NCBI GenBank assembly: GCA_023213395.1
Contig: CM041465.1
Location: 148,559,741-148,623,740 of the forward strand
DNA: 64,000 bases
Reading direction: 5' to 3'
Source of the DNA: Cycas panzhihuaensis
Taxonomy: Eukaryota; Plantae; Cycadophyta
Shown: positions 25,900 through 37,859 of the stretch, piece after piece
How the letters are laid out: each line of letters begins with the position of its first letter
Position numbering within the stretch: the first letter of the stretch is position 1
Translations under genes and position numbers: made by a program
Notes under the pieces: model-generated
What the model was told of the DNA's origin: nothing
Databases searched by the model: none
What the model saw: only the letters and a program-made list of their open reading frames with translations

Positions 25900-28800
25900 T
25901 GAAAGTTTGAAATCATGGAGACAGAGCGGAGCAGTAACCAATATTCAATCCATTGTAGAGTATGAGTATAAACCAAATCACATTATTCAAGCCATGTTTG
26001 AGAGCGTTACAAATTTTCAAATAATGGTGGTGTCAAAAGACACCATGGTTTGTCACCCCAGTAAATGTATAGTTTGAGGGAGGAGAGAAATCTCCTCAAC
26101 CTCTAAAATTCAAACAATATTAAAATAATGCTTAATTCAAGTGAACATTAACCTTACCTGACTTACCTTCACATGTGTGCACTCACATGTGCAAAAGGTG
26201 GGAGAGGGGTGATGAACATTAACCCCAACATTCTCCCCCTTAATGGTTATCACGATCATCTTCACTTTTCTTTGAATTTGTGGTACATGTATTTGAGGAA
26301 AACCTTGAGAGAGTGATTGACTACATGTCCTTTAGCTTTGTCTTCATTAACCTACATCATTGTCCTTACAAAGTTGTTTCGTTCAATATAGTATGGTTCA
26401 AGTGATCTCCAAGTAGGTGTGGCTTGCTTCGAATGGAGAAGAGTGGATTCATCTTTTACTTTATCTTCTGGATTTTTTGTCTTATGAGAATTGATCAAGT
26501 CATAGGTACATACAACATCATCATGTGTATCAATGTGATCATCCATTTTATTTGAGTCATCAACATTAGCCTTTTCAACATAGAACACCTGCTTCGACAT
26601 CTGTCTTACATGTACAACATCATCAACATAGTTAAATTCATTCAAATCTAAGGTTTCTCCCCGATAAATTGATTCTAGTGTATCCCAAATGAATTTGAAT
26701 GTAGTTAATTCACTAACATTAATGAATACATTATCATTTATTGTGCTAAAGATTATTGCTATGACTTCATTATCCTTTTTTAAGTTTTCTTTAAAATTTT
26801 GTTCATCCTCTAGGTAACCATATGCAACAAATTTCCAAAGGTTATTTCCAATAAGAAGTGTTTTTAACAAGCCTTTCCAAACATGAAAATTGGTCCCATC
26901 AAATGTAGGAATTAACACCATCTAGATAAATTGTCATTTGTAAAACTTTTAGTTTATGAACTCAAATGAATAGAGGAAGGCCTTTAATGAATGAATAGCA
27001 TAAAGTAGGCAATAAACACTTTTCAACAAATGTAAATCCCTTAATCAATGTAATGAGATCAAAGGCATATCCTTTAGCATGGAACTAAATCAATCAATGA
27101 TTTTATGCAAACCTTAAAAGTAAGGGGTTGGAGTGAGCCAAAGATAATTTGAAATATATATACTATCTTTCAGATGAATGCTTTCATAAAGCAATGAAAG
27201 GTAACTTGATAATAAGGGAAACTATATGATTCACGGATATTGTTTGCAAGATACCTTTCATGTAGGTTTAAATAAGCTTTAAAAAAATAATGAAGTGCTT
27301 TGAATGCTTATATACAATAGAATGCACGTTGAAAATGTTTTGAAAGCTTGAAAGAAAATCAAATAAACCTTCACTATATAGGTAAAATCATTAAGAGTAA
27401 ATATGAGTTCTTTTGAATCAAATAAATATATATATATGCTTGAAATATGCTTATGGAATAAACCTTAAGTGAATGCCTTCAAAGAGACAACAATTGGCTT
27501 AAAATAAGCAATAAATAAGCTTTAGGAGAGTTTTGAATCAAATGTATAAGCTAAAAGATAAAATGAAGGCTTTAGACTAGGGTTAGAGTGCACCAGTTTG
27601 ATGTTTTGCTTGAATATTTTAAAAATATGTCCAATTGAAGTAAAAACCATTCCAGTGTGAAGAATATTGAAAACCCTTTCCACCGAATTCAACAATTCGG
27701 AAAACAGGCTCTTGGAGCTCAAGATATTAATGAATGAGTGAGAGTACCCTTTTAAGGGCTTAAAGTGGAGCCACGGGGCTTAGATGCTACAAAATCAAGA
27801 TTAAATCTTTATAAAATGATGTGAAAATGGTCATATACAGATTAGATTCCTTAATGTGTCTTAAGTCAAAGAAATTTAGAAAAAATTGCTTTAATATTGC
27901 TAAAAAATGATGAACTAAGTCAAATGAGTTACCTCAACTTCACGGGCTTTGAAAACCTACAAAAATAGTTTCAAATTAGATAAAAAATTATACCAGCGTG
28001 AAGAGGATCGAACCAGCTTTCCAACGAAATAGATGGTTCAGAAAATGAAACTCGTATGCAAGAGTTATTGCAGAGAAGGTGAAAGGACCTCTTTATGGTT
28101 AACAAAATAAAGGTTGAATGAAGAGGTCACTTTAAGTGATTAAATCTCAATCAAAACGGTTTCAAATCTGACAAATGAGTAGTCTACACTAAAGCTCTCT
28201 GAAAGACGAACACGATGGACCGAGTTTCGTTGAAAACTGACAACCCAAAGAGAAGATACAGTGGAAAACGTGACAGTAACCCTTTTGAAGAAAATATAAA
28301 TAAAACTTTATAATGAAAAGTGATTTAGCCTTTTTTAAAGCGAAGTCTAAAGGTCATATGCAAGTCAAATAGAACTGGGGGCCACCAAACGAAGGGGGCT
28401 AAACTCTAATTCAACCGCCCAGACTTCAAACACTATACAAAGTAGTTTAATTTAATTAAAAACTTTAGGAAATAAAAATTTAAACGATGATGTCGCGTCG
28501 CTGTCGAAAAAAATGACGAACAAAAGCGAGTTTTGAATGAAGAAATTGATTAATACACGATGGAAATTGATCGAAATCGATCAGAGGCGGGCTGCGAAGG
28601 ATCTACAAAGGTAGATAAGTCAAAAACACTTTCAAAAATATAAATTTTATCTATAAAAAATAAAGAAATGTGGTGATGGAGGCACGCGACAGCCGTATGG
28701 TGAATGGAGGTGAGTATTGATTAAAAAATGATGAAAGCAGTTTGAAAACTGATAAAAAACGATCAAAAGCGGGGTGGGGGGGGGGGGGTAGCAGATCCAC

Positions 28801-30091
28801 GGAGGGATTCGATTGAAAATCTTTCAAAAAAAAATATTATATATATATAAAAAATAAAAAAAATACATTGACAGAGGGACGCGTTTGGAGGAGGAACTTC
28901 GGTAGGCTAGATCTCATAACAGGATTGATAGAATTTGACGAAACTTTAGAGAGAGCTAGATCTGCTTATCACCAAGGAACCTCTCAAATTTTATCAAGAA
29001 CAGATCACCACAGGTTGAGAATGAAGCCGTCGATCCTAGGGAGGTCGCACGAAGTGTGTGGAGGCAACGATTCAGAGAGTGCTCTTAGATTGCTGAAAAA
29101 TACTTAATCTAACCGTTAACAGGCTTGCACCACTATTAAAAAAGAAACCAGATGAAAAATAAAGCTAAAATGAGCAAATGAGAAGAGGGTTAATGGGGTT
29201 TTGCTACCAAAATGAGTAACCAAGCTTCTGGGAGGAAGATCTCTTCGTAGGAGCAATGAAATTTGAAACCGCTAAATCTGGTGCAGAGTTAACTCAAAGA
29301 ACTTTGAAATGACTGGTCACGTGATAGGGTTTTGTTCATTATGGAGAGTGCGCCAGCCTGTAGAAGTTCAAGATCCTTGCAAAACCTTGAAAAACTAGTG
29401 AAAAAACAATAAAAAACTTGTAAAATATCAGATGAAACCTTAATATAATTTTTTTAAAGGACTGCTAGGTTGAATACGCATGCTATTGTTGCACAGATCT
29501 GAAGAAATACTGATTAAATGGAACATACACACCAAAAAATAGCCAAATATTCAATAAAACTGTACAAAACTTATTAATAAAACTTTATAAAATGATGAAA
29601 TATTGAATGTTTTTGCTTGCCGTGAGTAGCTTTGATAGATCTCCTTTTCAAAAAACAATAGATCTTCGCTTGATGCCAAATGAAGCCAACTCAAGAAGCT
29701 TTGAATGTAGTCCAGGCTCCAAAATGCTAAATGCAACCAAGATCTGGCTCTGATACCAAATGAAGGTTTGAAATCATGGAGATAAAGCGGAGCAGTAACA
29801 AATATTCAATCCATTGTAGAGTATGAGCATAAACCAAATCAGATTATTCAAGCCATATTTGAGAGCATTACAGATTTCAAAATAATGGTGGTGTTAAAAG
29901 ACACTAGGGTTTGTCACCCTAGTAAATGTATAGTTTGAGGGAGGAGGGAAACCTCCTCAACCTCCAAAATTCAAACAATATTAAAATAATGCTTAACTCA
30001 AGTGAACATTAACCTTACTTGACTTACCTTCACATGTGTGCACTCACATGTGCAAAAGGTGGGAGAGGAGTGATGAACATTAACCCCAACA
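25900..30091 (-). mobile_element. Element E: non-autonomous gag-only copia-derived LTR element (TR-GAG-like)
   Basis: 331-bp LTRs (25900-26230, 29761-30091; ~21 differences by manual count), TSD AATTT/AAGTT, PBS at 29747-29758, PPT complement TTCTCCCCCTT. The only coding remnant is a copia gag N-terminus. Confidence 0.9.
26352..26921 (-). CDS. gag: Copia-type Gag N-terminal ORF (189 aa)
   Basis: IPTFDGTNFHVWK..L..NLWKFV..GY and IWDTLESIY motifs typical of copia Gag. The frame is open. Confidence 0.8.
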   Translation of the reverse strand: MVLIPTFDGTNFHVWKGLLKTLLIGNNLWKFVAYGYLEDEQNFKENLKKDNEVIAIIFSTINDNVFINVSELTTFKFIWDTLESIYRGETLDLNEFNYVDDVVHVRQMSKQVFYVEKANVDDSNKMDDHIDTHDDVVCTYDLINSHKTKNPEDKVKDESTLLHSKQATPTWRSLEPYYIERNNFVRTMM

Positions 30092-31169
30092 AAGTTGCTA
30101 ACTTGTTGATTAACTCCTCATTCTTCATTGGGCTTAACTGATAAGCTACCTAGTTTGGTAAACTTAACCTAGGGATTAGGTCAATTTGGTGTTGAATGCC
30201 TTTCATGGGTGGTAGTCCATTGGGTAACTCATCAGGCATAATGTCACCGCACCCGTCCAATAATCTTGCTACCTTGCTTGGTATCTCTGTGCTATCCTCC
30301 TTTATCTGTTTTGCCATCAAGGCATAACAAGTGCCAACCTTTTGTACATGTTTCATAAATTCTTTAGTGGTTAGCATGCTTTCCACATGCCCTTCTTTCT
30401 TAAGTGGTAATAACTTCACCTCTACGCCATTCTTCCAAAATGTGTAGGTATTATTCTTTCCATCACGAAAGGCATTCTTGTCGTACTGCCATGGTCTCTC
30501 CAATAATAGATGGCATGCATTCATTAGGATCACATCACACCATATCTCATCCCGATATGATTTCCTGATGTTAAATTTAACCAAGCATCTCCTATCAACA
30601 ATCACCTCATTTTCCTTTTTGAACCAAGAAATGTGCTATGGATGTGGATGCGCTTCACAACTCAATCCTAACTTTTCTACCATTTCATTAGAGACCATAT
30701 TCTCACAACTACCACCATCAATTGTACTTTTGCTTACTGCAAATTGGGTCCAACTCTGGCATTCAGTGATTAAGGTCTCCATGGCATACTCCTCTTCGAG
30801 GCGAGATGTCCTATGATATGGTTCCTTTCAATATTTCTTCACACTTGAACAAAAAATAGAAAAATATAACACAGAAAGGGCACAAATGAACACTAAAATG
30901 AACACCGAAAGATCGCACCAAATGAGTGACAACAATTTCACATTCTAAACTAATCTTCTTTTACATCCATAGGGCCTTAAATAGGCAAAATGGCTATTTA
31001 GCCAAAGAATCACATTGGAGAGGCATTCAACCTTTGTTTCCATTGGTGGCCCCAAACGACCTGTGCACACATTTTAATTGTCAACATTAACATCTGCTTC
31101 TTACTAACAAGGAGTACATTCACACGAGTTTTGCCAACCACTAGCAGTTATGTAATAGGTCCCCTCCCC

Positions 31170-34100
31170 TAAGACGTTGAGTCCTCGTAAATATAATAGA
31201 TGTGGATGTTGCTTGACAAATTCATTTGGCTTCCATGTCACTTCCTCAAGTTCACTGTCGATCCATTGCACCAAATGTTCATGACTGGTCCTATTGTAGA
31301 GACGGCGATTTCTGGTTTCCAAAATATAGTTTGGGGGTGTCATGGGTTGCCGTTACACCAAAAGCCCTGGAGTGATTTGGGAAGAGGACTTCCTCGTGAT
31401 AGTTAGTGTCATGCGCTCCAACACTCCCCCGTCACATGGAGTCGGCTGTACCTATACGGCATGCATGACCATTGCGACGTTCTTCGGCGACAACTCCAAT
31501 GCCTTCACGTATGTCTGGGTGCGCTACCGTAGTACACAGGATCGGTTTTGAACCCTAGTCGCTTTGATACCACTTGTCACTGGTTGCCATTACACCAAAA
31601 GCCCCGGGGCGATTTGGGAAGAGGACTTCCTCATGATAGTTAGTCTCATGCGCTCCAACAGGGGAACAGTTAAGAGTTGCTCTTTAGTGAGGATTGGGAG
31701 AGTGGTTTGTGAGACAATAGACTTTCCAAGGAGCTTTTTGAGGCATGACACATGGAAGACGTTATGGATTTTGGTATTAGAAGGGAGTTCAAGGGCATAA
31801 GCAACTTCACCAATGCGTTGGTTGATTTTATAAGGACCATAGTATCGAGGATTAAGTTTATGGTTTTTGCTATGGCGGAGTGACTACTGCTTATACACTT
31901 GGAGGCGAACAAAGACCATATCACCAATAGAAAAGGTTTGATCAGAGCGGTGGTGGTCAACAAGTTGCTTCATATGATTCTAAGCCATTGCTAGGTTTTG
32001 TTTTAGGGTATTTAGGATTTTGTCCATGTCTTGCAATTTCTATTGTACTGAGGCTCTACGCAGGTTAGTGGCCAATGTGTGATGGGAAGGTGGGCGATAA
32101 CCATATAGGGCCATGAAGGGGGGCATGCCAATTGCAGGGTGGTGTGAGGAGCAATACCTATATTCTACTAGAGATAACTAGGAGGCCCATTGATTTTGGT
32201 CTTCTGAGGCAAAACAAAGGAGATATGTCTTGAAAGTTCTATTGAGGACCTCAGATTGACCATCTGTCTGGGGGTGATAAGAGGAACTCATGTTGAATGT
32301 GATGCCAACTACACAGAAGAGTTCTTGCCAAAAAGAAGACGTGAATTTAGGGTCCCAATTTGAAACTATAGTGGATGGAAATCCATGGAGGCGGAAAATG
32401 AATTGGATGTATAGGTCAATCAGGCGAGGGGCTTGGTAGGATGTGTGGACTGGTAGAAAGTGTGCATATTTTGTTAGCCAATCGATGACTATCTGAATGG
32501 AGTCATTTCCAACAGAGGATGAAGGCCTGCGATGAAATCCATGGCAATATCTTGCCATTTACCTTGCGGAATTTGAAGGGGTTGGAGGAGCCTAGGCTGA
32601 GCCTTCGTGTTTGCTTTATTACGTTGGCAAACGTCACATTCTATTATGAAGGTTAGTATGGATGATTTCATCTTGGGCCAGTAGAAGTTAGATTGGATGC
32701 GTCAATAGGTTTTATCAAAACCCGAGTGATCTCCTAAAGGGGTGGTGTGGTACTCGGTCAAGATACGAAGAATGAAGGGAGATGATGGATGGACATAGAT
32801 TCGATTTTTGTAGAGAAGATGGGTGTTGTGTAGGGTCCAATCCTTCTAATGTTGAATTTTTGAGGACCGCTTAGCAAAATCTGGTTAGGATTCATTATCT
32901 TGTGCTAATTCTTGTAGCCATGTAGGTTGGGAGGCAGAGATGGCTTGTAATATGGTCTCAGATGGTTTTGAAGGTAGGCAGGAGAGAGCATCAACTATGA
33001 CGTTTTCTTTCCCCTTTTCGTAAGATATGGTGAAGTCGAACACTTGTAGGCAATTGACCCAATTTGCTTGTTCTTCAAAAAGGACTAGCTGATTGATGAG
33101 GCGACAAATACTATGGTGATTAATTAAGATAGTGAATTTGGATTAGAGTAAATACTAATGCCATTTGTCAACTTCATGGAGGATGGCCTTCATCTCTTTT
33201 TGGTAAGTTGAAACTCGATAGTCGTGATCTTTAAGTTTTTAACTTTCGAAGGCAATTGGATGGAAATTTTGCATGAGGACAACTCCTAAGCCTACTCCAA
33301 AAGCATTGCATTCAAGCTAGAATGGTTGTGAAAAGTCTAGGGTGGTTAATACTGGAGTGGTGGACATGAGCAATTTTAGATGGCTGAATGCATCCTCGAC
33401 ATTAGAGGACCATTGAAAGGAGACGTTGCGAAGCAAATTAGTTAGGGGGGCAATAATGGAAGCATAATTTTTGATGAATCGACGATAAAAGGTTGTGAGT
33501 CTAAGGAAAGCTTGTAGTTGAGTGAGATTCTTTGGGGTGGGCCACGTGGTAATGATTGAAATTTTATCAGGGTCTACTCAGACTCCTTTAGCGGAGATAA
33601 TATGGCCCAAATAGTGGAGTTCAGTCTTCCCAAACTCACACTTACTCAGTTTGGCATAGAGTTTGTGTTGGGAGAGAATTTGAAGGGCAATTTCCAAATG
33701 TTGTAAATGATCGGATATGTGGGAATTATAGATAAAGATATCATCAAAGAAGACAATGATGAACTTGCGAAGGTAGCGGCCAAAGATCTTATTCATTAGA
33801 CCTTGAAATGTGATTGGGGCATTGCACAACCCAAATGACATAACCTGAAATTCACAATGCCCATGGTGTGTTCGAAAGGCAATTTTATGACAATCTTCAG
33901 GGGCAATAGAGATTTGTTAATACCCTGATTGTAGGTCCAATTTGGAAACAATGGTTGCCCCATGAATTCCATCCAACATATCATCGATTCGAGGAGTGGG
34001 GAATTTATTTCTAATCATCAGTTTGTTAAGCTCCCGATAATCAATGTAGAGTTGAAATGAATTGTTTTTTCTCCTAACAAGCACAATGGGGGGTGCATAA

Positions 34101-35772
34101 GGGCTTTTACTGGGTTGTATTATCTCCATGTTCATGAGTTCTATTGTGATTCATTCAATTTCATTTTTTTTGAAAGTAGTTGCGATAAGGTTGTAAGCTA
34201 ATGGGGTTGTGAGGGTTTTGAAGTTCAATGGTGTGGTGGAAGCCTCGGTCTAAGGGGGTTGCTAGGAAGTGGGTTGAAAACAGATTGATACTTGGTGAGG
34301 ATGGTTTGGATGTCAAGGCGAATGTTGGCTTGAGGTTGAATATTATTGAGACGGACTATATGTCTGATGCTATTATTCAGTTGTTTACTCATTTGCTTCA
34401 GGGTTAAGAGTTAATTGGGAGGCGATTGAAGCCCATGTAGTTTGTGTGTTTGTCCAAAGTGGTCTTTGAATAGAATGAATGGGTTAGTAGGGGAATTATT
34501 AGTGTTGTAAGTGCCTAGGGTTTAGAGCCATTGAACTCTTAGGATGGCATTCGATCCTCCTATGGAAAGGGCATAAAAATCAAAATCCAATTGGTATGTA
34601 CCAATTTAGATGTGGAGGTTTTTAATGAGACCTGAATAGTGGAGTTTGTGTTATCCTAGTAAGGAGTAGGTGAAACTAGTTTTTGGCACTATGTATAAGT
34701 TAAGTTGTCTGGCCAGGGAGAAGTCGATGAAGTTAAGTGACATGCCATCGTCGATCAGGATGGTGATAGGAGTCTTCTTCAAGGTGCCTTTGACTCAAAG
34801 GGGCTCGCAGCAGGAGGTAGAGGAGGTGACAGAGGAGACAACAGAAAGAGAAACATCAAATTCTGGCTCAGGGTCAATGGGGGCTCTGTGGCTGAGTCTT
34901 CCTTGGGCTTATTGTCTGTATCAAGATCTTCATCAACTGATGTTGTAAGATCAATGGTGAACACCATACATTTTGCTTTATAGACCCTACTATGTTTGAT
35001 AGTCTATTTTTCTGCACATTGGATGCAAAGGCCAACTTCCTGGCGTTTGTTGGCTTCGATGAGGGTTACCCACTTAGACCTTGTCATTTGTTCCGCTATT
35101 GGTCGTTCAACTGTGGAGCGTTCTATCATAGGTTGATCCTCTTGGTAATCCTCCCATCGAAGTCGTGGCCGTTGTGCATCTGTTGGTCGAGAGCGATGGT
35201 ACCATGGTGTATCCCATCGAGAGGTGAATGTGTGTTCTGCTATGAATTCTGCTTTGACTACTTTGGCCATGGTTATGGCCCGTCCTAAGGCATTCAATAA
35301 GGCTGTTTTTAGACGTATCTAGATGCGTTCTGAGTCCAACTACATAGATTTTGACCAAGGTTGGTTGATCTAGTTGTATATTAACTCCGTTCTGGAGAGT
35401 TTGGAGTTAGAAATATGAATCCAGTTTGCTAATCCAACTCCTCGTATTGTCCTTATTTAGATCTGGGTCAAAGATGGGAATGTTGATCTTGTGATGGAAG
35501 GGTTGTTGTTGTTGGTGACTTTGGAATGGAGGAGGCAGTGGTGCCTACTGCTAGTTGGATAACCTTGCTTGATTTGAGGCGTTACCTTGGTTGATTATTT
35601 GTTGCCTAAGGTCAAGTTTGATGCTTGTAAAATTGTTTTTGATGGTTGCAAATGCTTTTTGATTATGGTCATTGTTGTTGGTGATCTCTTCCTGTATGGT
35701 GGTGAACTTGTCCTTAATAGATGTGAGATTGTTTTTTAGCGTTTGGATTCTATCGGCTTGGTTAGGTGCCAT
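31170..35772 (-). pseudogene. gag-pol: Element G gag-pol
   Basis: SKLDLQSGY and VFFDDI RT; WQDIAMDF and SSSYHPQTDGQSE integrase; HLVQW..EEVTW chromodomain. Many stops. Confidence 0.92.
31338..31660 (-). mobile_element. TRIM 1: 323-bp miniature LTR retroelement
   Basis: 86-bp terminal direct repeats (31338-31423, 31575-31660; TGTCA..CCAACA), PBS complement GCTTTGATACCA 31561-31572, PPT complement CTCCCCC, TSD GGGGG/GGGGA, 151-bp non-coding interior. Confidence 0.93.
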
Positions 35773-37859
35773 TGATGACTGTAAACATGAGTTGTTATGA
35801 GAGAATGGGATTATTCGAAGCGAGATGAGATAGGAAAAGAGGATTGCACGAAGTGGGATGAGGAAGAAAGAACAAAGTAACGAAGTAGGGATGGATAGGA
35901 AGAAAGGGATTTAAAGAAGTTGGGAGTTGAGTGAGGGAATGAGAAGGGGTGGGGGGTGTGCGCAGGGTGTCTATAGCTTGTTGACACTGAAAGTACAATG
36001 GATTTAGCTAGTGCACCAAATCGAGTGCGAGATGCTTGTCAGGATGGGGTAGGTGGGTTGTAAGTGAAATATTTGGCCGGTGGGGCCCACGAGGTGCCTA
36101 TATGTCGTTGTACCCCAAAATTTTGGGTTAAAACTATCCTAGTAGAAAACGATCAGCATGACATACTAATTGAAATAAGATGTATAAGTCACTAAGGGTA
36201 TTTTTTGGCTATGGACTTTTTTTTATACCTTTTTTTTTTTAATACCTTAAGTCTAACTGCGCTGACTGTTTCCGAATCTGGGAAGTATTTTGAAAATTAG
36301 AATTCCCTATGAACTAGGAGACGATTTTTTTTTTTAAAGGTCTGTTGTCCTGTGTCTTTAGATCTTGAGCAAGAAGTAGAACATTCGAAGCAGGATGTGA
36401 GTAGTAACAAGGTATCGTACCAACCACTAGTCAAGGTGTGCTTGGTCTTGTAGGCCTACCAATAAACTTCCTATGCAGAAGTTTAGAGTAGGTAGTTTCG
36501 TGGTGCTAATCGCTAGCCACTGCACTACAGGACTTCAACGATTGATAGGTTGCCTATGTTAGGAAGGATTTGGGACCTAAAGGGGTCCTCCTATATACCC
36601 GAAGGTATGTGGAGGCATAATTCCATATGCGGATTTTGTCTAGGGCTTGGTTCAAGAGTGTTATCTCTAGTCCTTCTTGCAAGGGGTGAGAAAGCCATAA
36701 TGCGCTTAGCTAGAACGATAGATCCATGTGTTTGTATAAACCCCTAGTATAGGGTCTTCACTTAATTACTTTGGGTAGCCACTACGTGGAGTTATCTACT
36801 CGAGAGTGAGGAGCAAAAGGGGAAAGGGTAGCCGCCAAGGAAGTTATCTACCCTTGGATTGACAACACAAGTATTGCAATTGAAATAAAGTAAACTAAAT
36901 TGAATCAAATTCAAAGGAAAGGTGCTAAGTGTTACCAAGGGAAAAAACTTTTCCTTTTCTTCACGACTCTTGAATGCCGCTAGTTCCGTTCCTCAATCTT
37001 GGTGTGGAGAGAGTATTGAGAGATGGTCTTTCCTCGATCTCTACTTGTGCAAAGAGAGTACTTGATTTGGTTGGGAATTTTTTTTTTTTCTAATTTACAC
37101 CTGCTGTGCAACTCCTCTTGGTCACATAATTGACCTCTAATACCACTTCATATGGTCCCTCCCAGTATTTCTTTGCACCTAAACAAAAAAATAGAAAAAT
37201 AGAACACTGAAAGAGCACAAATGAACACCACAAGATTGCACCAAATGGGCAACAACCATTTCACATTCTAGAATAATCTTCTTTTACATCCATAGGGCCT
37301 TAAATAGGCAGAATGACTGTTTAGCCAATGAATCACAGTGAAGAGGCATTTGACCTTTGTTTAAATTGGTGGCCTCAAGTGGCCCCCGCACACATTTTAA
37401 TGGTCAACATTAACATCCGCTTCTTACTTGCAAGGAGTACATTCACAAGAGTTCCACCAACCACTAGCAATTATGTAACATCCTCCAAGTGGTCCTCTTC
37501 GAGGTGAGGCATCCTCCAGACATGGTATACTAAGCGTTAGACATGCAAAAAATAACATAATGATCCTAGGCAAGGGCCCTAAGAGGGTATACATAGTGTT
37601 GAATCTTTTAAAGTTAACCAAAAGATACCTTATGTCTTTTAAGGTTGGCCAATTGGTGTTGTTTGGTCGGCTAGAAGGATATTTGTTATTTATTGAGGTT
37701 GACTAATTTGAAATTTTATTAAGGTCAGCCAACTATGGTTGTTTGGTCATCCAGAAGGATGTTTGTTATATATTGAGGTCAGCCAACTTAGAGTTTTATT
37801 GGTCAACCAAAAGGGAATGTTACAAGTCCTTCCCCTTGAAATCATGCTTTGCCCTCAAA

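Larger units (their letters stand above)
23350..30735 (-). mobile_element. Element C: Ty3/gypsy pol fragment (CRM-like protease), truncated at both ends
   Basis: IDGGSCEN..WCDVILMNACHLLLERPWQYD protease, RT VYFDDIL, RNaseH FEVDCD..YSTYDLE, integrase [14 protein letters not shown], start of a chromodomain. No LTRs recognised. Confidence 0.9.
30814..37480 (-). mobile_element. Element G: Ty3/gypsy chromovirus inserted in the LTR of F
   Basis: LTRs 30814-31157 and 37148-37480. TSD TCCTA/TCCTC, with the empty site GATGTCCTCCAAG seen in the other F LTR. PBS CTCTAATACCA, PPT complement GGTCCCCTCCCCT. Confidence 0.93.
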
